The notes: generated by a model not told the origin, from the sequence alone. Positions 56,161 through 64,000 are shown, numbered from the stretch's first letter. The stretch is DNA of 64,000 bases from an uncultured Candidatus Saccharibacteria bacterium (GCA_964616145.1 CAZTRD010000001.1:68024-132023); one strand, 5' to 3'. Numbers and translations are program-made.

Positions 56161-56479
56161 CGAACTTCCACAATTCATTAAAGAATTCCAGCGTTTAGCA
56201 AAAAAATATAGATCTTTGCCAAACGACCTTAAAGAATTTAAGAAGGTTATTGAGGTTATCCCCCTAGGGAATAGTAAGCATTTCAATATTATAACTAAAA
56301 ACGATAAATGCGCCGTTATTAAGGCGCGTTTATTCTGTAAATATTTAAAGGGATCATCCTTAAGAGTTGTTTATGCCTACCATTATCAGAATGATACAAC
56401 TGATTTTATCGAAATATATTTCAAAGGAGAAAAAGTTAATGAAAATGCAGGAAGGATTAAAGAATATCTAGAAAAGTGA
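56150..56479 (+). CDS. Putative toxin, RelE/ParE-superfamily-like (109 aa)
   Basis: 11-nt overlap with the antitoxin gene. Pattern ...KARL......SLRVVYAY......DFIEIYFKGEKVNE resembles RelE/HigB-type toxins. Assigned by eye only. Confidence 0.5.
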   Translation: MKFSELPQFIKEFQRLAKKYRSLPNDLKEFKKVIEVIPLGNSKHFNIITKNDKCAVIKARLFCKYLKGSSLRVVYAYHYQNDTTDFIEIYFKGEKVNENAGRIKEYLEK

Positions 56480-56486
56480 AGGTCTA

Positions 56487-56515
56487 TTGACTAGAATAAA
56501 TAATGGTATTATACT
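56487..56515 (+). promoter_or_regulatory. Promoter (TTGACT-17 nt-TATACT) followed by a 7-bp inverted repeat TGGTCAA-12 nt-TTGACCA
   Basis: Consensus-like hexamers. The inverted repeat lies between the -10 and the ATPase start codon. Confidence 0.5.
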
Positions 56516-56565
56516 AACCGTACTGGTCAAGAATCAGCTATTTTGACCACTACAATATAAATAAT

Positions 56566-57831
56566 ATGCTTAAAGATGTAGTTTTGCGTCAGAAAAAGGA
56601 AAAAGAAGATTTTATAAAACCTCAATACATAGAAAGGACCCAAGATGTTTTGGGAAAGAAATGGCTAGATTCCAATCTTATCAAAGTTATTCTAGGCCCT
56701 CGTCGCGCAGGAAAATCAATCTTCTCTCTTATGCTCTTGAAAGATCGTTCTTTCGCCTATTTTAATTTTGATGATGAAATTCTTACAAGCTCAAAAGGAA
56801 TATCTACAGATGAATTAATGAAAGAATTGCACGCCGTCTATGGGGATACAAAAAATATTTTCTTTGATGAAATTCAAAACTTACCAAATTGGGAATTGTT
56901 TGTAAATAGATTACATAGAGAAGGATATAATCTAATTCTAACTGGTTCGAATGCAAAATTACTTTCTAAAGAATTAGCTACTACTTTAACCGGTAGATAT
57001 ATTCCCATAGAAATATTACCATTCAATTTTAAGGAATTCTTGCGTGCCAAGGGTTTTATAATAGAGAACAATCTTTTACCTCAGAAGCACGGGGAGCTTT
57101 TGAAACTGATGGAAGAATATCTCATAAACGGAGGATTTCCAGAGGTTATTGTAAAGAAACTAGACTCCAAGGAATATTTAGATGTTCTTTTTGACTCGGT
57201 TTTATTTAAAGACGTGGTTAAAAGATACAAGGTAAGGTTCTCAGTTCAGATAGGAAATCTTGGCTCCCATCTCGTTAACAGTTTTTCTTCTCTTTATAGC
57301 TTAAGAAAGCTACAAGATATTCTAGGGCTAAAGAGTGTTACCACGGTAGAGAAATACACTAAATACCTAGAAGAAGCTTATTTAATATTTTCATTATTAC
57401 GCTATTCTCCGAAATCGCTGCAACGAATCAGGTCTCCTAAAAAGGTTTATGTCGTAGATAATGGTTTTATCGGCGCAAAAGCCATTCAGCATTCACCAGA
57501 TAAAGGAAAGTTAATGGAAAACTTAGTTTTTTTGGAGTTAATAAAAAGAGGATTAGAGCCCAACCATGATATTTTCTATTTTAAGACTAAGACCGGCAAA
57601 GAAATAGATTTTGTTATCAAGAATGAGACAGTTGTCTCTCAGTTAATTCAATCTTCTTACGATATAGAAAATCAAGACACTGAAAAAAGAGAAATTAGTG
57701 CCCTGCAAGAAGCCAGCAGAGAATTAAAAACAAAAGATGTTTTAATTTTAACTTGGGACACGGAAAAAGAGATAAAGGAAAACAATTTAACTATAAAATT
57801 TCAACCGATATGGAAATGGATGATGGAATGA
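56566..57831 (+). CDS. AAA+ ATPase of the AAA_14/DUF4143 type
   Basis: Walker A GPRRAGKS, Walker B IFFDEIQ, C-terminal DUF4143-like region (KVYVVDNG). Confidence 0.8.
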   Translation: MLKDVVLRQKKEKEDFIKPQYIERTQDVLGKKWLDSNLIKVILGPRRAGKSIFSLMLLKDRSFAYFNFDDEILTSSKGISTDELMKELHAVYGDTKNIFFDEIQNLPNWELFVNRLHREGYNLILTGSNAKLLSKELATTLTGRYIPIEILPFNFKEFLRAKGFIIENNLLPQKHGELLKLMEEYLINGGFPEVIVKKLDSKEYLDVLFDSVLFKDVVKRYKVRFSVQIGNLGSHLVNSFSSLYSLRKLQDILGLKSVTTVEKYTKYLEEAYLIFSLLRYSPKSLQRIRSPKKVYVVDNGFIGAKAIQHSPDKGKLMENLVFLELIKRGLEPNHDIFYFKTKTGKEIDFVIKNETVVSQLIQSSYDIENQDTEKREISALQEASRELKTKDVLILTWDTEKEIKENNLTIKFQPIWKWMME

Positions 57832-58006
57832 ATTGATCGACCTATATAGAGGATCCCGGCATCATTTGTGCATAGTAACTAAATATGGCAAAAGGAAGGA
57901 TAGGGCCTGGAGATATAATGATATTTGTCATCCTTCAATAAAGTACCATTTCGTTGTACTATGATGGTGTTTTTTGCTTAGGTTGAAGTAAAGAGAAAGG
58001 AGAAGA

Positions 58007-58117
58007 ATGGACCTGGATCTCAATCTCGCGATGGATGGTTGGTGGGCTTTGATCAGGGTTTCCCTGTTCTTTGCCTCTGCCTGGCTGGGTTGGAAGGAGG
58101 TGAACTACCGCTCCTGA
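58007..58117 (+). CDS. Candidate 36-aa hydrophobic small protein (MDLDLNLAMDGWWALIRVSLFFASAWLGWKEVNYRS), GC-rich island
   Basis: RBS AAAGGAGA 5 nt upstream. One predicted TM helix flanked by Trp residues. A strong terminator follows directly. Confidence 0.35.
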   Translation: MDLDLNLAMDGWWALIRVSLFFASAWLGWKEVNYRS

Positions 58118-58133
58118 CATCTATTGCTTCACC

Positions 58134-58166
58134 GAGAAAGGCTACCGCTGGTAGCCCTTCTCTTTT
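58134..58166 (+). terminator. Intrinsic terminator of the 58-kb island
   Basis: GAGAAAGGCTACC-GCT-GGTAGCCCTTCTC followed by TTTT. Confidence 0.7.
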
Positions 58167-58193
58167 AATATAAAAAGGACATTCATTTGTCCT
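58166..58193 (-). terminator. Intrinsic terminator of the minus-strand gene 58274-58813
   Basis: Minus strand reads AGGACA-AATGAA-TGTCCT followed by TTTTTATATT. Confidence 0.6.
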
Positions 58194-58273
58194 AATTCTT
58201 TGTCCACAGTTTTATTCTATTAAAATCCTCTCGCAAATTATTTGCGATGCGGAACAAGTATTTTATCTTTCTA

Positions 58274-58813
58274 TTACTCTACGAGTAGAAGTAGAGAAGA
58301 AATATTATTTAACTGAGCATCTGTAAGCTGTAATGCGGAATCAATAGCTTTTTCAATTAAGTTTTTTGAGAAACTAATTTTTTCTCCGACTTGCAATCCA
58401 TAATCGCCAATAGTATTTTGCAAGTAATCCTCAATGTATGTTTTATGAGCGCGAGTTAACAAAGAAGCATTCTGCCCGTGTTCATTTAAATACTGATTCA
58501 TCGCTTTTCTGGCCAAATGAGTAATTCCATCTCCTGATTGTGCAGTTTCTGTAAAGATATTGGTTTCTACAAAATCTTCGTCTTCTATTTCTGTTTCTTC
58601 TTTAGTTACTTTATCCTCGCTTGAAGTGGTTATTTCTTCCTCATCTAACAAATCTATTATGCTTGCATTTTCCGCCTGAGGGAACACTTGTCCTATGGGT
58701 TCTCTGTAAATATATATTAATACTCCTACAGCGATCAGAGTAAACAAGAATACCCATGTCCAATATTCTTTTTTGAAAGTAATTTTAGGAATACGAATCT
58801 TCGGAAGTTTCAT
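58274..58813 (-). CDS. Hypothetical membrane-anchored protein (179 aa)
   Basis: N-terminal TM segment, an acidic linker, and a conserved-looking C-terminal domain. Confidence 0.6.
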   Translation of the reverse strand: MKLPKIRIPKITFKKEYWTWVFLFTLIAVGVLIYIYREPIGQVFPQAENASIIDLLDEEEITTSSEDKVTKEETEIEDEDFVETNIFTETAQSGDGITHLARKAMNQYLNEHGQNASLLTRAHKTYIEDYLQNTIGDYGLQVGEKISFSKNLIEKAIDSALQLTDAQLNNISSLLLLVE

Positions 58814-58900
58814 ATGATTATTATTAATTATTTCTTACATTCTCTAGCATTACGCCATTCTACACCTTCCCTGATTTTTTGTAAAGAGGGTGTCCACCCT

Positions 58901-58929
58901 TTGACCGAATTGCTTGGTTTTGCTATACT
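58901..58929 (+). promoter_or_regulatory. Promoter (TTGACC-17 nt-TATACT) with an overlapping inverted repeat AGGGTG..CACCCT
   Basis: Consensus spacing. The inverted repeat abuts the -35. Confidence 0.5.
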
Positions 58930-58953
58930 GTACAGACAAATTAATATTAAAAT

Positions 58954-59532
58954 ATGGAGCAAAATTATTTGCTGAAATTAACCATTGCAGGGTATAGGAT
59001 AGGGGATCTTTTCCCTGGAAAAGAGCCCCTTCGCTGGCAGATAAAAGAAAGCATGGGAAAGATACTGTTTGAAACGATAAAAAGCCAGTTTCTACCCGAT
59101 TCCAAAACCCTTGTTTTTGCAGAAATCCAGGCCTTAAAAACCATGCTGGATATAGCAGAAAACCAGAATTGGATTAATAGCAAGAATATACTGATTTTAA
59201 AGCAGGAATACGATAAATTAGCCCAGGAAATGAAGCAAGTATCTAGGTCCATAAATGCACCAAATATGCCTGAAAAACCAGTAGAAGTAGTAGTAAAACC
59301 AAAATCCCAGAAGCCAGTAATGCCCAAGCTTTCTCCGGAAAAGCGCCAGGAAAGGATAGTATCTATGCTGAATTTTAGGAAAAGAATCAACCTATCTGAT
59401 TTGAAGAAGATATTCCCGCAAGTAGGATCCAGGACTTTAAGGAGAGATATGGAAGCATTATTGGAGCAGGGATTGATTACTAGGAAGAGAAACGGCCAAA
59501 AAGATGTTACTTACCAGGTTTTGCAGGGATAG
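58954..59532 (+). CDS. Helical protein with a C-terminal DeoR-like winged HTH
   Basis: C-terminus INLSDLKKIFPQVGSRTLRRDMEALLEQGLITRKRNG. Confidence 0.6.
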   Translation: MEQNYLLKLTIAGYRIGDLFPGKEPLRWQIKESMGKILFETIKSQFLPDSKTLVFAEIQALKTMLDIAENQNWINSKNILILKQEYDKLAQEMKQVSRSINAPNMPEKPVEVVVKPKSQKPVMPKLSPEKRQERIVSMLNFRKRINLSDLKKIFPQVGSRTLRRDMEALLEQGLITRKRNGQKDVTYQVLQG

Positions 59533-59574
59533 CGGACAATCTTAAAGTGACCACATTTGAAAACGGACAAGACA

Positions 59575-60108
59575 ATGGACAAAAAATTAGCTTACCGCTT
59601 TAGTAAAATATATAATACCTATTCAGAGCAGATATATAGATTCATATATATCAAGGTAGATACGAAGGAAACGGCAGAGGACTTGACCTCTGAAGTTTTT
59701 GTACGTTTCTGGAAGACCTTTCAGAAGGATGGTTCTGACAGGATTGAAAACCCGAAGGCCTTTCTATACCGCATGGCTAAAAATTCAATAGTTGATTTCT
59801 ATAGAGGAAGGCCTGTTTTAAAGCCATTATCTGATCAGGATATTCCAGAAGTAGCTGATCAAACCCAGGAATTAGAGAAAAAGGAGATCATTCTATCTGA
59901 TCAGGAACAGATGATGGCAGCAATAAGGACCATGAAGGATGAATATCAGGATGTGATCTTTTGGTATTACATTGATCAAATGCCTGTAGGAGAAATAGCA
60001 GAAATTATGGATAAGTCAGAGAATGCGGTCAGGGTAACTATATTCAGGGCCATGGAGGAATTAAGGAAGCATTTCCCTAAGGACACCTTCACTAGCCAGG
60101 AAGTGTAA
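59575..60108 (+). CDS. ECF-type RNA polymerase sigma-70 family factor
   Basis: Region 2 (AEDLTSEVFVRFWKTF, AKNSIVDFYR) and region 4 HTH (VGEIAEIMDKSENAVRVTIFRA). ATG 59575 is preferred over TTG 59557. Confidence 0.85.
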   Translation: MDKKLAYRFSKIYNTYSEQIYRFIYIKVDTKETAEDLTSEVFVRFWKTFQKDGSDRIENPKAFLYRMAKNSIVDFYRGRPVLKPLSDQDIPEVADQTQELEKKEIILSDQEQMMAAIRTMKDEYQDVIFWYYIDQMPVGEIAEIMDKSENAVRVTIFRAMEELRKHFPKDTFTSQEV

Positions 60109-60153
60109 TAAACTCCTGGATTTTACGTCATCTATAATAGAGAGGCAAAAACT

Positions 60154-60897
60154 ATGGAAGATCAAGGATTAATAAATAAAATTCAATCTTTAAAAGCTAT
60201 TAAACCATCCAAGGAATGGCAAGTCCAGACAGAAATGGATATTTTAGGTTATAAACCAAAGGTATGGGATGGAATATCTTTTCCTTCTGTTAATTTCTTA
60301 CAGCCAAGATATGCTATAGCATTTGGCTTGATTTTTATTGCTGTAATGACTAGCTTAGCTTTTGGGCTTGTCCCGGGATTGAATCAGCAAGAAGAGATAT
60401 CAAAATATGGCTATGCCGGATTGATAAATAATCTGGATAAAAGCTCTTCTTTTTACCTTGATTATGCAGCTAAGAATCTGGAGCTGTTAAAGAATGGAAA
60501 GATAAAAGACACTGACTCTGTTGTTCAGGGAGTAAAATTGGCTCTTGAAAGAGCTCAGGCAAAACTGCCATCAAAAGTATCAAGCACAAAAGAATCAGCC
60601 AGGTTAGTTGAGAAGATCAATAATGTGGAAACGCAGTTAAACAGCGTAAGAGCGACATTAGGTGCTGAGGTTGAAGGAATAGATGCGGAAGTGAATAATG
60701 TAAAAACATCCACAAAAACAATGATTGAAAAAGAAATTTACAGATTGACCGCCCAGAATGAAATCCATGATTTAGAAAATTCTACATTGACCGAAGAGCA
60801 GAAGGTTCTTTTTGAGGAAGCAAAAGAATTATTCAATATAGGAAAATATCAAGAATCATTAGAAAAAATATTAGTGCTTTCAGGCAATGAAAGCTAA
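60154..60897 (+). CDS. Putative anti-sigma factor (single-pass membrane protein with a helical extracytoplasmic domain)
   Basis: Located downstream of the ECF sigma gene. One TM segment (YAIAFGLIFIAVMTSLAFGLV). Confidence 0.5.
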   Translation: MEDQGLINKIQSLKAIKPSKEWQVQTEMDILGYKPKVWDGISFPSVNFLQPRYAIAFGLIFIAVMTSLAFGLVPGLNQQEEISKYGYAGLINNLDKSSSFYLDYAAKNLELLKNGKIKDTDSVVQGVKLALERAQAKLPSKVSSTKESARLVEKINNVETQLNSVRATLGAEVEGIDAEVNNVKTSTKTMIEKEIYRLTAQNEIHDLENSTLTEEQKVLFEEAKELFNIGKYQESLEKILVLSGNES

Positions 60898-60954
60898 GAC
60901 AAGGGAAAGAAGAAAAAAATAATTAAATTCCTTTCCTTTTTATTCAATCATCTG

Positions 60955-61043
60955 GCTTTCCTTCAAAAAGTTGTTGAGCGCGATAGGTAGGGAACAAAGT
61001 TAATTTGTCTACCGATAGCGCTGAACAACTAGAGAGGGAAAGC
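60955..61043 (+). promoter_or_regulatory. Long imperfect hairpin (~89 nt) containing an ECF-type promoter motif GGAAC-17 nt-CGATA
   Basis: GCTTTCC...GGAAAGC (60955-60961/61037-61043) encloses GTTGTTGAGCGCGATAGGTAG / CTACCGATAGCGCTGAACAAC (60970-60990/61009-61029). GGAAC lies at 60991-60995 and CGATA at 61013-61017. Confidence 0.35.
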
Positions 61044-61122
61044 GATATATAAAATAAAGGTCGAACATAAATTAAAAATAAGTTATGAGCCAAAGACTCA
61101 TAACGAAAGAAAAAATATTAAA

Positions 61123-64000
61123 ATGAGTATATTAAGAAAATTATTTGCTGGTATCTCAGTTCTCGCAATGATTGCAATGGTCGCACCGGCCGGAGCTATC
61201 ACTGTTGAAGAATTGAATGCCCAGATTGCTGCCTTGACAGCTCAAATTGCTGCTTTACAAGGCACAACCACAACAACCGGCACTAGTGCTATCACTGGAG
61301 TTCCAGCCGGATTCACTTTCCAGACAAACCTTAAATTAGGATCTACAAATTCTGATGTGGTTTATCTCAAGAAAGTATTAGACGCGGAAGTCCCAACTCA
61401 CGCAGCTTGGACTGGATCATCATATTTTGGTGTTAACACCAAAGCCGCCGTGATTGCTTTCCAGGAGAAATATGCTGCTGACTGTTTGGCCTCATTTGGC
61501 TTAACAGCTGGCACAGGTTTCGTCGGATCTGCAACAAGAGCTAAATTGAATACAATTTTAGCTAGCGGATCAACTGGAACAGGCACTGGTACTGGAACCG
61601 GTACAGTTGTAACTGGTACTGGTTTAACCGTTACCCTAGCTTCCGATACTCCAGCTGCAGGTACCTTTATCAGGGACACTGGAGTACTCGTTGCTCAAGC
61701 AAATGCAAGCTTTACAAAGTTTGTGTTTACCAATGGAGACAGTGCAGAAGCTGTAGTTACTACCCTGAAATTAAAGAGAGGCGGAATTTCTTCTGATACT
61801 GATATCGCCGGCGTATATCTATATGATGGCGCTACTCAGTTGGCTGAATATTCTGCATTCTCAAGTCAGATTGTAACCTTCACCAATGCTTCAGGATTGT
61901 TCACAGTCCCAGCTGGAGGTTCAAAGACAATTACTGTAAAAGGAGATTTAGCTAATAGCGCTGCCACGGTTGCTTCAATCAACTTTGGTATTAACGCTTC
62001 TACAGATGTTCTCTCCAATGCCACTGCTGTTAATGGAACATTCCCATTAACTGGCAACAATATGGCTGTGGCCACAGTTGCTGATCTTGGCTATGTTAAC
62101 ATTACCAATACAGGAACATTCCCAGGCACTATTGACCCGGGAGTTACTGGATATGAACTTTGGAGAATGTCTGTACAGGCCAGCGATCAAGATATGCAGA
62201 TCGAAAAGATCATGATTACCTTGGTCGGGACCATCTCTGCAACAGATGTTCAGAATCTTAAATTAACAGTTGGAGGAGTTGCTATCACCGATGTTATCCA
62301 ACTAGCTTCTGACAAGACCTTAACATTTGATTTCTCCGCAAACCCATACAAGATTACCAAGGGTCAAACCAAGATAATCACTGTTACTGGTGATGTTCCA
62401 ACAGGAACCGGCAGAGCCTTCAAATTCACCATCAGAAAAGTATCTGACTTCATTGTCAAGGATACTATGTATGGTATCTATGTGAAGCCTTTAGTTAATG
62501 GCGCAGCTTTTGCAGTTATTGATGCTGATGCTGGCAATGACGGGACAAACATACAGAATGGTACATTAACTATCAGCGTTGCTACAGATTCTCCAAGCGG
62601 CAATGTTGCCAATAGTTCAACCAATGTGTCCTTGGCCAAGTGGAATTTCAAGGCCAATGGTGAAGCTATCAAGATTACCCAAGTTGGTGTTACTGTAACT
62701 TCAAGCGCTAATGAAGATATTGAAAATGGGAAATTGTATTACAATGGTTCACAAGTTGGCGCTACTGATGATGATGTAGACTCAGGAGTTGTTAATCCAT
62801 TTACTACCACTATTATCATCCCGGCCGGAGAAACAGGAGTATTCGAATACAAGGCTGACATGACAGATGCTGGTGGTACTGCTTTAACACCTGGTTCAAC
62901 AATAACCGCTGTTCATACCACAGCCAGCTTAACTGCTGTTGGTCAATCGTCTTTAGCCGCGGTTACTGGCTCTAATGCCAATGGAAGAACCCTGACTGTT
63001 GCTACTGGAGCAATGTCTATTGCTAAGAATAATTCAATGGCTGATTACACTTCAGCTCTCCCAACAGGAGTTAAAGGAGCTGCCAATGTAAAAGTTGGTT
63101 CCTTTGTAATGACTGCTGGAGCCGGAGAAGGAGTAACAATCACCCAGATTGTTGTTAGCGATGACTCTGCTAATGCAACCTCTAATTTTGGAGACAACTT
63201 CCAGAATCTTAAGTTAATGCACGGCACGACTCAGGTCGGCACAACTCAGGGAACTTTGAGTGTAGCAGCTAGTGCTGATTACACATTCAACGTTTCACCA
63301 TCTATCACATTAGCTGCTGGTCAGCAGTATGTGGTTGATGTCTATGCTGATATTTTAAGTGCAGCTGCTGGATTTGATACAGCTGCTACATTGGAAGTCG
63401 GTCTAGAAGTTGAAGGCGTTACTGCTACAGGAGTTGTTACCGGAGGAAGTGCAACTTTGACTGGTCAGAACAAGGATCTTCAGAAATTGTATATTGCTAC
63501 AACCGGAACCTTGACTGTTGCTAGCGTAGCAAGCCCAACCACCCCAGTTGCTGGACAATTAGTAAACGGAAGCACTGGCAATACATTCTTTGTAGCGTCA
63601 TTTGCTGCCGGAGCTGCGGAAGCAGTTCAGGTTAGTGAAATTATTATCACTGATACAACCAGCTTTGGAGGTTCATTGAATAACATTGAATTATGGAGTG
63701 CTGGAACTGGCGCTGCTACACCTGTTCAATTAGGTTCTGCTGTAGCTGCTTTAAGCGATGCTGATACCGCAACATTCAATTTAGCTACCCCATGGGTAAT
63801 TCCTGCTAATACAACCTACTATTTAGTGGTAAAGGCTGGAGTAAATACCTATGACAATGCTGTTTCTGGTGGAACCCATACATTAAATATAGTAGCAACC
63901 ACTGGCGTAACTGCCGCTGGCGTAAGCTCTGGTACTGCTATTGCTGAGTCTGGTAGCGCAACTGCTGCTGCTCAGGATGTATACAGAACCAAACTTACTG
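61123..64000 (+). CDS. Very large secreted surface/S-layer-like protein, N-terminal 959 aa (3' end outside the window)
   Basis: ATG 61123, with the frame open to the window end, so it is absent from the ORF track. Signal peptide MSILRKLFAGISVLAMIAMVAPAGA. Coiled LNAQIAALTAQIAALQ. PG_binding_1-like segment (GSTNSDVVYLKKVL...AVIAFQEKY). A (GT)n linker, then about 130-aa Thr/Ala/Gly-rich beta modules that recur (IKITQVGVTV, VTITQIVVSD, VQVSEIIITD). Confidence 0.85.
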   Translation, partial: MSILRKLFAGISVLAMIAMVAPAGAITVEELNAQIAALTAQIAALQGTTTTTGTSAITGVPAGFTFQTNLKLGSTNSDVVYLKKVLDAEVPTHAAWTGSSYFGVNTKAAVIAFQEKYAADCLASFGLTAGTGFVGSATRAKLNTILASGSTGTGTGTGTGTVVTGTGLTVTLASDTPAAGTFIRDTGVLVAQANASFTKFVFTNGDSAEAVVTTLKLKRGGISSDTDIAGVYLYDGATQLAEYSAFSSQIVTFTNASGLFTVPAGGSKTITVKGDLANSAATVASINFGINASTDVLSNATAVNGTFPLTGNNMAVATVADLGYVNITNTGTFPGTIDPGVTGYELWRMSVQASDQDMQIEKIMITLVGTISATDVQNLKLTVGGVAITDVIQLASDKTLTFDFSANPYKITKGQTKIITVTGDVPTGTGRAFKFTIRKVSDFIVKDTMYGIYVKPLVNGAAFAVIDADAGNDGTNIQNGTLTISVATDSPSGNVANSSTNVSLAKWNFKANGEAIKITQVGVTVTSSANEDIENGKLYYNGSQVGATDDDVDSGVVNPFTTTIIIPAGETGVFEYKADMTDAGGTALTPGSTITAVHTTASLTAVGQSSLAAVTGSNANGRTLTVATGAMSIAKNNSMADYTSALPTGVKGAANVKVGSFVMTAGAGEGVTITQIVVSDDSANATSNFGDNFQNLKLMHGTTQVGTTQGTLSVAASADYTFNVSPSITLAAGQQYVVDVYADILSAAAGFDTAATLEVGLEVEGVTATGVVTGGSATLTGQNKDLQKLYIATTGTLTVASVASPTTPVAGQLVNGSTGNTFFVASFAAGAAEAVQVSEIIITDTTSFGGSLNNIELWSAGTGAATPVQLGSAVAALSDADTATFNLATPWVIPANTTYYLVVKAGVNTYDNAVSGGTHTLNIVATTGVTAAGVSSGTAIAESGSATAAAQDVYRTKLT

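Noticed and set aside
61570-61625. Short tandem repeat ggaacaggcactggtactggaaccggtaca, considered as a possible CRISPR or satellite
   Set aside because: It encodes an in-frame (Gly-Thr)n linker inside the surface protein. No repeat-spacer architecture exists anywhere in the window.
61398-63227. Four minus-strand ORFs (60-93 aa) in the last 3 kb
   Set aside because: They are antisense shadows of the open-ended surface-protein gene, whose + frame is uninterrupted from 61123 to the window end.
1-64000. The GC-rich islands as contamination or chimeric assembly
   Set aside because: Each island is only 0.2-0.7 kb. Each is flanked on both sides by native AT-rich genes in intact operon context and uses the same ATTGAC-type promoters as native genes. 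Chimerism cannot be fully excluded without reads, so read-level checks are listed under the findings.

Overview
This is an AT-rich window (about one-third G+C by eye), tightly packed and mostly transcribed on the + strand. It looks like a core chromosomal segment of a small-genome, probably anaerobic, Patescibacteria/CPR-like bacterium; that assignment is inference only. Housekeeping content includes six aminoacyl-tRNA synthetases (argS partial, ileS, glyQS, metG, leuS, hisS). It also includes glmS, glyA, a GlmU-like nucleotidyltransferase, topA, dprA, pth, lepB, rpsU, ybeY, ftsA-ftsZ, nrdD-nrdG, desulfoferrodoxin, comEC, dgkA, htrA and clpB. There are two ECF sigma/anti-sigma pairs, one next to a MacAB-like efflux set. 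Other content is a 1529-aa secreted LTD/glycine-rich protein, an Xre-Panacea/RelE-like toxin-antitoxin pair, a DUF4143-type ATPase, and the start of a very large repeat-rich surface protein that the ORF track misses because it runs off the window. TGA is a stop codon here, as shown by four ATGA stop/start overlaps. Native genes have essentially no Shine-Dalgarno sequence. Six observations stand out. (1) Six short, conspicuously GC-rich intergenic islands (about 8.7, 14.4, 29.0, 38.8, 49.4-50.0 and 57.9-58.2 kb) carry their own TTGAC-type promoters, intrinsic terminators and dense hairpins, and several have perfect AAGGAGG ribosome-binding sites in front of tiny or small ORFs. They look like unannotated structured RNAs and/or a family of foreign micro-cassettes. 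(2) Two tandem tRNA-like genes with non-7-nt anticodon loops lie directly upstream of leuS. (3) IleRS carries an in-frame ~200-aa histidine-phosphatase (RHG) domain insertion. (4) GlmS carries a 507-aa LAGLIDADG intein. (5) FtsZ ends at the globular core with no C-terminal tail. (6) An ECF-type promoter motif sits inside a long hairpin between a sigma/anti-sigma pair and the giant surface-protein gene. All family assignments come from motif recognition by eye; no searches were run.
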